From Vicugna vicugna (lineage: Eukaryota), in contig MU063252.1 in NCBI GenBank assembly GCA_013265495.1, positions 930,001-994,000 on the forward strand: a stretch of DNA of 64,000 nucleotides. Reading direction: 5' to 3'. Each line of letters begins with the position of its first letter. The first letter of the stretch is position 1. Under the pieces are notes generated by a model, which searched no databases, was not told the DNA's origin, and was given only the letters and a program-made list of their open reading frames with translations. The translations under genes and the position numbers were made by a program. Positions 10,801 through 22,365 of the stretch are shown here, piece by piece.

Positions 10801-13800
10801 ATTAGATTCTGACATCCTGTGTCATAAAGATGACCCTGTTGTCTAAAGATGTCCCGGATACATCTCCTGGATACTGTTCACTCACACTAGTGACTTCTGA
10901 TGACCACAGATTCCTAAGAGTTAGGAGGCCCTCACTTCAGCCTCAACTATGACAATTTGTCTCACAGAACTTTGGCAGATTGTTCCTGCCCGAGTTGTTT
11001 AGTCAAAGATTGCCAAATGTTTGCACACTGCCTACGTTATTTTTGTCAAATTCACATACCACCTGCTCTGCTGTTTTATCAATATTTCCTTTTATTTGAT
11101 CACCTTTAACTTGAAGTATTTAAAAGAAAGGTGATGTCAGTACGTTTTATGGAATCCTAGCATTGTTGGCCATAAACGAAATACAGTCATGATGATAAAA
11201 ACCAATGATCTGCATCTAAAGACTTAACTCCTCTCAGTCAAAACGGGCAAGTAACAACTTGGGGAGGAAGGTTGATGGCATCTTGGCATCAAACTGAGAC
11301 TTTCTTATCTATGAATATCCAGAATCATCTCTTAGACTGTCCAGGGTCTACATGCCAACTTCTAGATGAAGTGCATGGCTGGAGCATACCAAATTCCCAA
11401 AGCACTCATTGATCCTGGTTGATACATCATTGGCTCCGACAGCTAAATCTTTCCATTCTAAACTGTTAAGATAAATTATGTTTTAAAAAGTGGATATTGA
11501 TAGCTATTGGCGGTTGGACTTTCTGGCCTGCAAGGGACTTCATTTTATAGAGCAAGGGCTATGCTCCACGTCACCACGTACCATAGCCCTCAGTAGGGAC
11601 ACTTGCACTCACAGGTCTTCATCATTTATTTGAACCTAAAACCCAAATTTGTCTTCTCAGGAGCTAGGGGCAAAACACGTCTTCACGTAGTTTCTATTAT
11701 GGGAGGATTATGCTAAAACAAATGCAAGGAGAGAGTGGTTACTATCACCTCCTCTTTAGGTTTCCAATTAAAAGAAAATCTTCATTCTGACAGAGTTTGG
11801 CTAGTTTTTCTCCATTTCTTTTTCTGAAGAGAAGCTTTTCTTAATCACAATGTGACACTTTTAGGATATTGTGAAGTGAGGATAATATTAGAACTTACCT
11901 CATAGTATTTTGTGAAAATTAAATGAGGTATAGAAATGTTAGCATATACGTACCAGGAAAGGTCATTTAATAACAGCTGTGGCTTAGATGTTAATTAAAT
12001 AGTAAACCAAGGTGTATTTTTATTATTAAGGTGTATTTTTTATTATCTATTGCTAATTAAGAAACTATGGGAATTATTTTATATAAATGCTTAGAAGGCA
12101 AAGAAGTTTGTTGTGGAATTCATTCCTTCAAAAGTTCATTGGTTCAACAAATACAGTTAGGTCTTATCATGCATAAGTGGAGCTAATTGCAATTATTTGA
12201 CATTGATGTTGCAGTATTTTTTTTTTTTTTACTAATAATAGGTCTCAGTTACCCAAATATTCAATTATTGAGGACCTTTTACCCCTTGTTCTTCTCCCAG
12301 TCATTCTTGTTCATAATTCTTTTCATAATGAGTTTTCCTATTGATTCTTGCATGTATTTCTTTAGGACTATTTTTAAAGTTTTCAGGGTGATTGTTTCAC
12401 ACATGGCTATGCGAGTTGCTGGAATGTGAGTAGCAGTTATCTACCCTTGACATGAATCTGAGAGACCTTGCTACATCCATTCAGCCCTTGTTGACCAGTT
12501 GCAAGGACACTCATGTAAGATAGATACGGTGCATTTGGGTCCCTGTTCTAGTCATATCCAAGGCTCTATGTCACAATTTCTTAATCAAAAAGATATGGTT
12601 AGTAATACACCTATTCTACCTGCAGTAGACATTGGTGCTCTTCTCTATTCAGCATTCATTCCTCCTCTTCCTGGCGCATTAATCATCTTTCTTTGGATAA
12701 TTGTTCCTCAGCCATTCCCAGCGCACAAGGCTTGGATATGGCTCAGGACCAAGGGCGAACATAAGCCCATCAATGAGAGCAAGTGACAGGCTGAGGGTAG
12801 ACCTGTCACCCAATCTTCCACAGTGTCCTCTCCTGTAATTTTACTGGAGTTACTGAGTTGCTAATCCTCTCAGGGTTGCTAAACCAGAGCAATTGATGGT
12901 CATCTTTGGATGAGAGCCTGTCTGAGAATAAAGCCAACTTTCATAAAACAGAATTAGGAGGTGAAGTAGTTTAATCCTCTGAATCCACCTGTACCCAAAG
13001 CTGAACAACGTTAACTTTTTCTGTTCACATGACCTTAAAATAATCACTTACTTTAGCTAGTTTGAGTTTGGTTCCTGTCACTCTCAACCCCCAGAGCACT
13101 GAATAATACACTTCAAAGAATTAAATGAATAACTGTTGGTGTTTATCACAAAGTGGGCCAGTTCGTAAGCAAGGACTCACTAGGTATGAGCTATCAATAA
13201 TAACTGAAATTACAATGTATCAATTACTGAGTGCCTCGTACAAGTTAGGTAAACGCACTGTGCTTGGGGAATAATAAAAAGAACAAGAGTAGAAGTTCTT
13301 GTAGAATTAGCCAATGGAGATGTTTCCAAAGGGGGTTTAAAGCAAACAAAAATAATACAGAAACAATAAAGCAAGACACCACAGTTGGCAAGAAGTGCGC
13401 AGAAGCAGGGAAAGTAACTCTGCCTGAGGCTGGAGACAGCTGGAGCTTTAAGACCTTCACATGCCAAGTCCTTGAACTTCTGGAGGATCCTTGACATATA
13501 ATATAAAGCATACTAAAATCTACCTTTCCCATATGAAATTTAAATTTGTATAATTACAGACATAGGATTACATTTTTATAGACATTTAATTAAACATTCA
13601 TTAATTTCAACACTGCAGTTTGCTTTTCTAAATTTGGATCCAATAGGTACATTTTTCAGAATTCAAACATTTTTTTATGGGCCCTCACTCAAAAGGCTTG
13701 TAAAGCCTCGGCTTTCTAACTGAGGCATCAATTAGAAAAACCAATCCTGGTAGAGAAGCAAGAGGAAAGGCCTCAGGTAGTGTGAGCCATATTCTGGAAA

Positions 13801-14459
13801 GCTCCGTTCTGCACATTGGATTACCTATCTCTGGCCGTCTCTCACTGGCCATCCCTAAGGAACCAGCCTGAGAGAGATTTTGAGAAATTATTTCTTAGGA
13901 CCCCCAGTGTCATGGCGTATACATCAGTTTTGCTCATTTATTTATATTGAGAAGCACACCTCTCCTTCCCCGCGGGTCTGGAGAAGCAGTTGGTAAAAAG
14001 GACTTCTCTCCCTTCCCGGCATAAGGGATGTGGCGTTTCCTTGCTGCTCAGACTGTGCCTGACTCTAATTAGTACCCCCATGGTGTCAGAGCTCAGGTAA
14101 TTTCCTCCTCTAATCATTTTACCTCCATCTGGGGCATCGGTAATTTCATTTTGTGCTTTGAGGCCCACTCTCCTGTACCCTTGAAGATCGATTAATTTGA
14201 GGTGGTGCTAAAAGGTATTTTCGTTCAAAAGGTGTCCAGTAACCCCAGCTTTTAAAATTTCCTATTGGTTGTTTGATTGCTAAATCAAATCGTTCTTGCA
14301 TACAGAGATCCTTTTGTCTGGGCTAAAATTTTATTTCTGTTATGTTAACTTAGTGGGTGAGACAATCTGAGAACTGTGGCGTGGACAAATCTGCAGGAGT
14401 TTTATATACAAGGTCACACTGTTATCAGGAAGAGCCTGATCCCATTAATTTTTTCTTAA

Positions 14460-14640
14460 AACCTGTATAATCTTATAGCTACTTAATCTCTGCTTCTGTT
14501 TCCTCACACATAAAATGGGGATAATAATAATGAACATTTCACAGCCACGTTGTGAGAATTAAATATGTTACCATATATAAAGCATTTGGAATAGCATCCT
14601 ACACACTGATATTATTATTTTATTATTATTACTACATGTT
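14460..14640 (+). mobile_element. MIR SINE
   Basis: cttaatctctgcttctgtttcctcacacataaaatggggataataataatg...gttgtgagaattaaat. Confidence 0.8.
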
Positions 14641-16039
14641 ATATTTTAGTTAAATAGTTTAAATTGATTTCTATGTCATCGGATTTACTGTGGTCAAGAA
14701 TTTTACAGTGACTCAAGTCAAACGTCAGTGCTACCTACTGAAGGAGAAACAGGCAGGACTCAGTGGGCATAGACATTTCTAATTCTGCAGAGTAGAACCT
14801 CATTAACCTATAAGCCCATAATTTGGAATTTATGGTAATTTATGAGAAATTTCAATTTCCAGTGCCTGGGAATGCAAAGTTTACCAGACAAATAAATTAA
14901 GGGTATTTTTGACTAGCATAAGGGAAAAAAATTGATAAAATTTAACTACCATATGAATATTCTTCAGCACACAAAAAATAATGAAAGGTGCATTCATATA
15001 TAAGATATATAGAGAGGTTATTTTAAATGTTCCTTGTTTGTGTATTACAGTTGGTCCAAGAAGCCACATACTGGACAACACTTTATTAGTAATTAGTAAA
15101 TTTCTACTGAAAGCAATTAATGTATATATTCTTTCCATATATTATTTCTGACTTTCTCCCTACTTTTCAATATTACTGAAATTTCTGCACACTATTTACA
15201 AAGACCCCAATCAATAGTTAAAGCTGAGAGATTCATTATTCATTTTAAAAAAGGATAATAAATACAAAGGTTTAGTCCATTTGGCAAAACTTAGCCCATG
15301 TTCCTCCTCCGTCATCATCACCTCTGATGCTGCACCAGCAGCAGGAGGTCAGGGAGGACGACCTGCCACCTGCGGGCATATCCCCCACTTGTTCTTCAAC
15401 AGGAGAAAGGCTACGGCATTGAATACCCCCTTACCCGCCTCCCAGCTGAACTGTGTGAGGTTCCAGGGAGGGAATCAAGTGGCAGAGGCACACAGTGGCT
15501 CACCTTTTGAATTTTATACTATCAGCATATAATATCTATTCAAAAATTTTTAAAACGTTTTTGATGATTTAATACAGTTGTGTAATCCTTCTCCATCAGA
15601 ATATTGTCTTTCCTTGGCTTAAGTCACACCACGGTGGTTTTCCTCTTCCCCTTTGGACCGTTTCTAATTTCACTCTTCTGATTGGCTGTAATCGTCCTTT
15701 TCCAGAAGATTCTCTTCTAGATCCTCTGGTTTTATTCTGTTCATCCTCCCTACAGAAGTCTCTTATATTCCCATGATTTAAGTTGTTTGCATGTGCAAGA
15801 TCATCAAATATAGACGTATTCAATAAAATATATGTATTAGGTTTCTACTCTAGGGACTAGGAACTAGAATACAGCATCTAGCAAAACAGACAAAATTCTT
15901 GGTTTTTCTGAACTTTAATTCCATGCGGGAAGATAGAATTACCATGGACAACGTTAAATGTGTTAGATTGTAATATGTTCTAAAGAGAAAAAATCAGACA
16001 GAAAGGGAAGTAACGTGTCAGGGTGGAATATGGACATTT

Positions 16040-16885
16040 GGTTTTGGCCCCAAGTCAGCCCTCAGTTCTGAGCTTAGATGCGTATATCCAAGCATTCAGT
16101 GCACCTGAGACGGCTGGCACCTTAAACTTACGATGCCCCGAACTAAATGTGCTATCCCCATCACCTTTCTTCTACCATGACCACTGAGTTGCTCAAACCA
16201 GAATGCATGAGCCATCCTTGAATCCTTCAACTCCCCTACTCCCCATATCCCATGTGTCACAGAGTTAGCCAGTTCTCCCACATAGCTCTAGATACTTCTT
16301 TCTGTCTGCACTGTCACTAGCCTAATTCAGACCAACATCAACTCTCACCTGGATTCCTGCAATCAGAGATCCCCTACAGCCATTGCCACCTTCCTCCACT
16401 GTGAGTAAAACTCATCTTGTCACTCCTCTGCTTCAATAGGTCAATGGCACCAAATTGCTCCTGCCCAGCTCCCCCACCACTTCACTCTTGGACTGACTCT
16501 TACCCTTGTCCCCTAGTCTTCCTGTTCTTCCTTCATTCTTCATTTATGCCATCCTCTCTTGGGTCTTGCCAAAGATACTTGCACATACTATTTCTTCTTC
16601 CTGGATTATTCTTCCCTCAACTTTTCATCAGGTTAACCCACCTGTCAAATCTCAATTAAAACATCACGCCACCAGGCAAGTTTTACCCAAATCTTCCGAG
16701 TTATTTGCATTAATGATGGATTCCATAATATCCTATTTTTCCTCACAATATATGCTACATCTGTTACGACTTCTATATTGCTTTTTACCGCATTGGCATG
16801 TAAGCTTCAAAAAGATAATGACCATGTATGTCTGCCTTTTCAACACATCATCCCCAATGCTTGTTAAATAATGTTTGATGCAGAG
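16040..16885 (+). mobile_element. Long L2 LINE 3' segment
   Basis: gagccatccttgaatcc, ctctcacctggattcctgcaat, aaaactcatcttgtcactcctctgctt and the L2 terminus catccccaatgcttgttaaataatgtttg. Confidence 0.75.
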
Positions 16886-17559
16886 TTGGTACCCAATCTA
16901 TATTTACAGAACAAATGAATAAATGTTATAGCGAAGACAAATAGCAGATGATTAGTGATTGTTGTTACTTGGCATTTGCATGCTTCATACTCAGGGATGA
17001 TTTTGAATCATGATCTCCTAAGAGTACTCACATATTGCCTTCTCCTTGTACATCTGGGATCACGGAGGATGCTCTCCAGCAGCTGACACATTTCCAGAAT
17101 CCAGCAGTGCCTTCCTTTGCACATTATTGTTCCAATTTTCACATTCCTAGGCAGCACTGTCAGCCAAGTCTTCCAGAGGGATGCCCTAGAGTTGATTCTG
17201 CTGTAAAATAGAGACCCACTTTAGACATAAATTGATCTCAGATTTTGTAACCAGTAGGGATATCTCTCTCATTATATTAGCTACAGTTATTATTAAGAAA
17301 TAACACTGAGATGTTAACACATAAAGAAAATAAATATGATTTTGTCTTTTCTCCTTTTGATTGCTGCTAGGGCCTTTAATACATTTCCTTCTTAACCTTA
17401 CCTTAATTCCCTTGAAATATCTGCTCCTCTCTTCTCAGGCTAATCTATATGCCTTCTCAGGATAATTGCACCAGATTTATGTCCACTCTTTATGTCCTTT
17501 ATAAAGTCTATTACGGCTTGTTTGCTTTCTTGTTCACTCATTATCCCTTATTCATTAAA

Positions 17560-17760
17560 AAGTACTAATATTTATTAATCACATGCCAACCACTACACAT
17601 ATATTTATATCATTCTACAACAGCCAAAGGAGAAGACAGTATTATTATTTTAATTTTTGCAGAAGAGGAAACTGAGGCTTAGAGAGCCTGCTCAAGTCAC
17701 AGATACTAAGTGTTTGAACTGGGATTTAGCCCAAAGGTCTGCCTCCAGTTTATTTGAAAC
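17560..17760 (-). mobile_element. MIR SINE
   Basis: ttttgcagaagaggaaactgaggcttagagag...caagtcacag...gaactgggatttagccc. Confidence 0.8.
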
Positions 17761-18587
17761 TTTCAGTGTGCACTGTGCTATTGTCTTACTTGCTGAGATG
17801 CAAGTTACTTTTACTTTAACTCTTTGCCTTTCTTTTCTTGAATTTTCTGTATAGATGAGGTCTTCAATAAATGTTTAACCTTTCACTGGGCTATTATTAA
17901 TAGCGGGTGACAAATGATGGTATTCATGGTTTTGTTCTGTTTATGGAGTTTTGTCCTTTCAACTCAAGCTGAACTGGGCCTAAATAAGAAAGGCTGGTGA
18001 TGCAGCAAGTGCAACGTGGACAGCTAACGGTCAGAAGGAAAACCCTGTTTTCAGGTCCGGAGGAAGAAAAGCTTTCTAGGGCTTCACCAGGTGGTGAAGT
18101 TCAAACTGCGCTGGGAATCTTCTGGCATAATGTTAATAATCTAAACTTTACCCCCTTCAATATGGTAAGTTTGTGTAAAAGATTCCCATTGTGTGTGAGT
18201 CAAGAGAAAGAGGGAAATGGGCAATTTTCTTGGGCCATAGGTCTGTATTTTGATTCCTTGAGTCTCAAACCAAGTTAGTACGGACAGGAGAGTTACAGAT
18301 TTCCATTCTCCCTTCCCTCTCTCCCTACCTCCATCCCTCCCTGGCTCTCTGTCGCGTGTGCACGTATCTTGGATGGACTCCTAGGACTCGCGGTCGGGTA
18401 GCTCGCCACGCTGTGCGTGTGCACAGTCCAGGGGGCTGTTTTACCTGTCTCTAATCCAGAAACTCCCTTTGTCGGTGAAGGCACACACTCTGCCTTCCTG
18501 CTCGCCTTCCAGCCTACTCAGATTCCCGCCTCCCAGCCCTCCCGCCTCCGCACTTCCCCTGGAGTCATTCCCCCAGCGGCCTCAGAA

Positions 18588-18600
18588 TGACCTCTGACCT
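18588..18600 (-). promoter_or_regulatory. Perfect DR1 nuclear-receptor element (TGACCT-C-TGACCT)
   Basis: Two exact AGGTCA half-sites spaced by 1 nt on the minus strand. Function is not shown. Confidence 0.5.
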
Positions 18601-18879
18601 TGGCGGAGGAGGAGGAGGGAGGTTGTCAAGAGGTCAATAAGTCGAGCGCCAATCGGCCCCGGCCCCTGAGGAGTCCCGGGAGCAGCGGCGGGCGCCTCCT
18701 CCCCTCCGCAGACTCGCGGCCCGGCGCGCCGGGGGCGGTGCGCGCGCCCGCGCCTCTCGCGGCTGCCGGGGGCTCCGCGGGCCGGGGAGCCGCTCTGGGC
18801 TTGGTGCCTGCGGTCGGCAAGGTCGGGAAGTGGGAGTCAAGATGGTCTAATAGGGACGGTGGCTTTGGAGTGCAGTGTC

Positions 18880-19045
18880 GGTTTTACCTCTAGTCACCTG
18901 AGTGACCTTGGGCAAGTTTCGTAGCTTTAGCGCGCCAGTTTCTAAATCCATAGTACAGGGAAAGTGAGATGCTATGCTGCCTAACCTGGGCTTGCAAGAA
19001 TGAACTCATGAAGCAGTCCTGGCACGTAGTAGGTACTCAGATAAT
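18880..19045 (+). mobile_element. MIR SINE inside the CpG island
   Basis: gagtgaccttgggcaagtttc...ccagtttctaaatc...cctggcacgtagtaggtactcagataat. Confidence 0.75.
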
Positions 19046-19991
19046 ACTGACAATGATAGGAGGAGTCACAAGTTATGCTTTGGGGTCCGGACGTAGGTTT
19101 GAGCTCTGAGTTTTCCAGTTATTCACCAAGGATAGGGGGAGGGGGGCGGGAGCACCTGCCCTCCCCTCCCCTGCGCCCTCGTTGCCGGATAAACTCAGGA
19201 GAACCGGGAGACTCCTTCGTCCCGGGCCGGGGCGCCTTCAGACGGCCCCGCCGCCGGAGCCCTGTGGCATCTCCTGGCGCCCGCGGCACGTCTCTTTCCC
19301 TCGAGCTGAGGGAAAATTTCTTCCGTGAGCTGAGTAACTCCCTCCCTCTCCAACCCCGGGGCTCACTCGCTCGCTGCTGCCGCTGGGTCCCGGCGGCCGC
19401 GGCAAGCCGAGTCGAGCCTCCGGCGGGAGGGAAGAGGCAGCCCCGGGGTGTGCGAGTGCTTCCCGGCTCCGGGCAGAGGAGCGAGGACGAGGTGGCGCGG
19501 AGACTGCGGGCGGGAGCGGCCGCCGGGCTCCCCCTCGTTTTGCCCGCCTTCTAGGGACTGCTAGGGCTTTGTGCGCGCCGAGGCACCGCCAGGTGTCCGT
19601 CCTCGCCGCCCGCCCACCGCGGCCGCGGCCGAGGGGCCGGGGACGCCAGCGCCGCGCGGCGGGAGGGGGCGGCGAGCTCAGGCCTGCGAGGTAAGGAGGG
19701 GCGCGCGGCGGGCGGGCGCGGAGGGGGCCGCACGTGCGCGCGCCTGTGCGCGTGCGCTGAGGGGGCGTGGGGGCCGGCCGGGCGCGTCCCGCCCGGCCGC
19801 CCGCCCTTCCTGCACGCGGTCGCCGCGGGAGCCTCCCTCTCGCCCCGAGCACCCCCAGGCCCCTGCGTCCCATCACCCCGCATCCAAACCCCACCCTTCC
19901 TACTCATAATTTCCCAGTGCAGCAGCAGACCTAAACCTGGAGAGACAGCGCTGCCTTTCTGCTCCCCTCGCCCGCCCCCACCACCTCCTGC

Positions 19992-19999
19992 TATAAATA
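19992..19999 (+). promoter_or_regulatory. GABRB2: Candidate TATA box (TATAAATA)
   Basis: Consensus TATA at the 3' edge of the island, preceded by GC boxes (cgcccgcccccacc) and followed ~30 nt later by CA dinucleotides at 20020-21 and 20025-26. Confidence 0.5.
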
Positions 20000-20793
20000 A
20001 TCCGGACTCGCGGGTCAGGCACGTCACACGGCGAGAAACCGGGACCCCGAGGTTTTCTTCTCTGGGAATAGGGGGCATAGGGTGAGGAGGAGGAGGAGAA
20101 AGAAATCGCCCGTGAGTAGTGAAGAAAAGCTTGCTCCTTGCCTCCTATGAAAGACCAAGCTTCATTTTATTCTTTTCTTTCTTTTCCTTATTTTTCCGTG
20201 TCCTTCTTATTCTCCACGCTACCTCCCCACTCCACTCCCGGCCCCAAATCCAACGCATTGCTTAGCACTCCTCCCATTGGTTTCTTCCCTCCCCCCGCCT
20301 TCGACTCCTGCTCCCACTGTCCCCTACCCTCCCCCAGCCGCACAACCCCCACCTCCAGCACCCATCTCGCCCGAGGCAGGGGATGCCATGGAAATAAAGT
20401 TCAGACTCCTCTCTTTGCCGCTTGCCGAGACCAGAAGTGGGCTCCTGGGCACCCATCTTCCCCTAGCACTACACACCTGCTAGACCTTACATTCCTAATC
20501 TGGTTTTGCATATTTAAGAGAAGACACACACACACGCACCCCCAAACCCCACAACCCGCGAGGTGCAAAGCTGCCTCCTGCAACTACCGAAACTTACCAG
20601 ACGCTTTCGTTGTTTTTGCCTTAAAGAAAGAACAACAAAGATTTTACTCTGGCTTCCTCCTGTGGGGTGACTTTACTATATTATTCAAATACGTATATAT
20701 TATGGATATATATGTTTTTTCTTTTTTCCCCTTTAATTTTTTTTCCCTTTAACAAGAAAATCTCGGTCCCAGGCAACCGCTGCTGCCCCTTTG

Positions 20794-20983
<190 letters not shown>

Positions 20984-21138
20984 TAAGTGTGTCTTTCGTT
21001 TCTTTTCCGTTTCTCACTTTGAAGGGCTCTGCCTGCATACCTCTGTGAGCAGGGATCTGTAGTGAGGATGAGATAGATGCTGAAGACGCTGTGCCTGCTG
21101 TCTTATTGATGCCTGTTTATTGTCTTTTCTCTCTTTAG

Positions 21139-21230
21139 TGTCAATGACCCTAGTAATATGTCGCTGGTTAAAGAGACGGTGGATAGACTCCTGAAAGGCT
21201 ATGATATTCGGCTGAGACCAGATTTTGGAG
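21139..21230 (+). CDS. GABRB2: GABRB2 second coding exon (S)[30 protein letters not shown](G)
   Basis: Acceptor cttttctctctttag|T, donor GAG|GTAATG; 92 nt; phase fits exon 1. Contains the Cys-loop receptor motif [11 protein letters not shown] and an N-M-S sequon. Confidence 0.98.
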
Positions 21231-21677
21231 GTAATGGAGTTCCCTTGGAAATAAGCTACAGCCCAAATGTCTTTTGAGCTTTGTGCGCTGTCTTCTCTTT
21301 CCCTCATTGTGGGTTGCATGTGGTGTTCTGAACGTGTCTCTGTGTTACCATATTGAGAAACGGACCCAAACTTAAGGCGGTTTGTCCCTATCCAGCACTT
21401 AGATGGTCTTTCAGAGAGGACACCCCCCACCCCACCCCCCCAGCTTGTATTGGTGACTGCTGTCCTTCAGCTTCACTGCTTAAATCCTTTGCTTCACTGT
21501 CTTTGCCTTGTTGAGATACAAACCTCCTAAGTTTACTTAATGATGTGCCCAGTGAACCTGGCTTACTGAAGGCCATCGTGAACATTTTTGAGGACAAGAT
21601 GTGCAGACTGTTTGGTTGAGAAGTGGCATTAACCCCCTGTGCCCGCCTACTTTGGAAGAGTTCTGGCCGTGATTTAA

Positions 21678-21697
21678 NNNNNNNNNNNNNNNNNNNN
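21678..21697. other. Sequence gap (20 N)
   Basis: Run of N directly before a G-rich tract. Confidence 0.99.
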
Positions 21698-22143
21698 TAG
21701 GGGAGGGTGCGGGGGTTCGGGGGAGGTGGGGGGGGGCAGGGACCTCTCTTGGTGCAGCCTTAGATACACCGATAAAATACCCATTTAATTTTGCTTTAGA
21801 CTCTAACAAAGCTCAGAGGGTTAAAACCTGAACAGAGTAGGGGTGGGAAGAATGAGGAGGGGGTTTCAGTACCATCTATAAAATTCCCTGGGGCTCTCCT
21901 GATACCCGGAGCTTTTGTGAGTTGTGTGTATTCTCACGCTGAGACATCTACATATGTAGACTAAGCTGGAATCCCTCACCCATCCGGACACGTGCTTGTC
22001 GGTTCAATAGAACATTTCCCAGAGGAGTACCTGTCACCCTTAAAAAAAAAAAAAGCAGAGTGAAGAATTTGAGGGTGAGCCGTGGGGAGGGATTTGGGAC
22101 AGTGTCTCCCGTGCCCGGGACTACTTTTGCTAAGAAAGACTGA

Positions 22144-22365
<222 letters not shown>

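Larger units (their letters stand above)
18340..20050. promoter_or_regulatory. GABRB2: CpG island / GABRB2 promoter region
   Basis: Very high GC with dense CpG, many GGGCGG/CCGCCC boxes and BssHII/SacII/NotI-type sites, directly upstream of the first coding exon. It is interrupted by a MIR at ~18880-19045. Confidence 0.92.

Noticed and set aside
12009-12046. 19-bp tandem duplication aaggtgtatttttattat(t)
   Set aside because: Ordinary slippage duplication in AT-rich DNA. Two units are not a CRISPR-like array.
19938-19955. gagagacagcgct as a REST/NRSE site
   Set aside because: Only a partial right half-site, with no TTCAGCACC left half at canonical spacing.
18600-20078. Long ORFs in the CpG island (19075-19554 +, 19238-19894 -, 19551-20078 -, 19571-19909 + and others)
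   Set aside because: Low-complexity R/G/A/P-rich translations in several overlapping frames, as expected where GC-rich DNA lacks stop codons. No recognisable domain.
20138-20752. 204-aa ORF upstream of GABRB2
   Set aside because: Starts at TTG and is P/S/F-rich because of the pyrimidine-rich DNA. No homology recognised.
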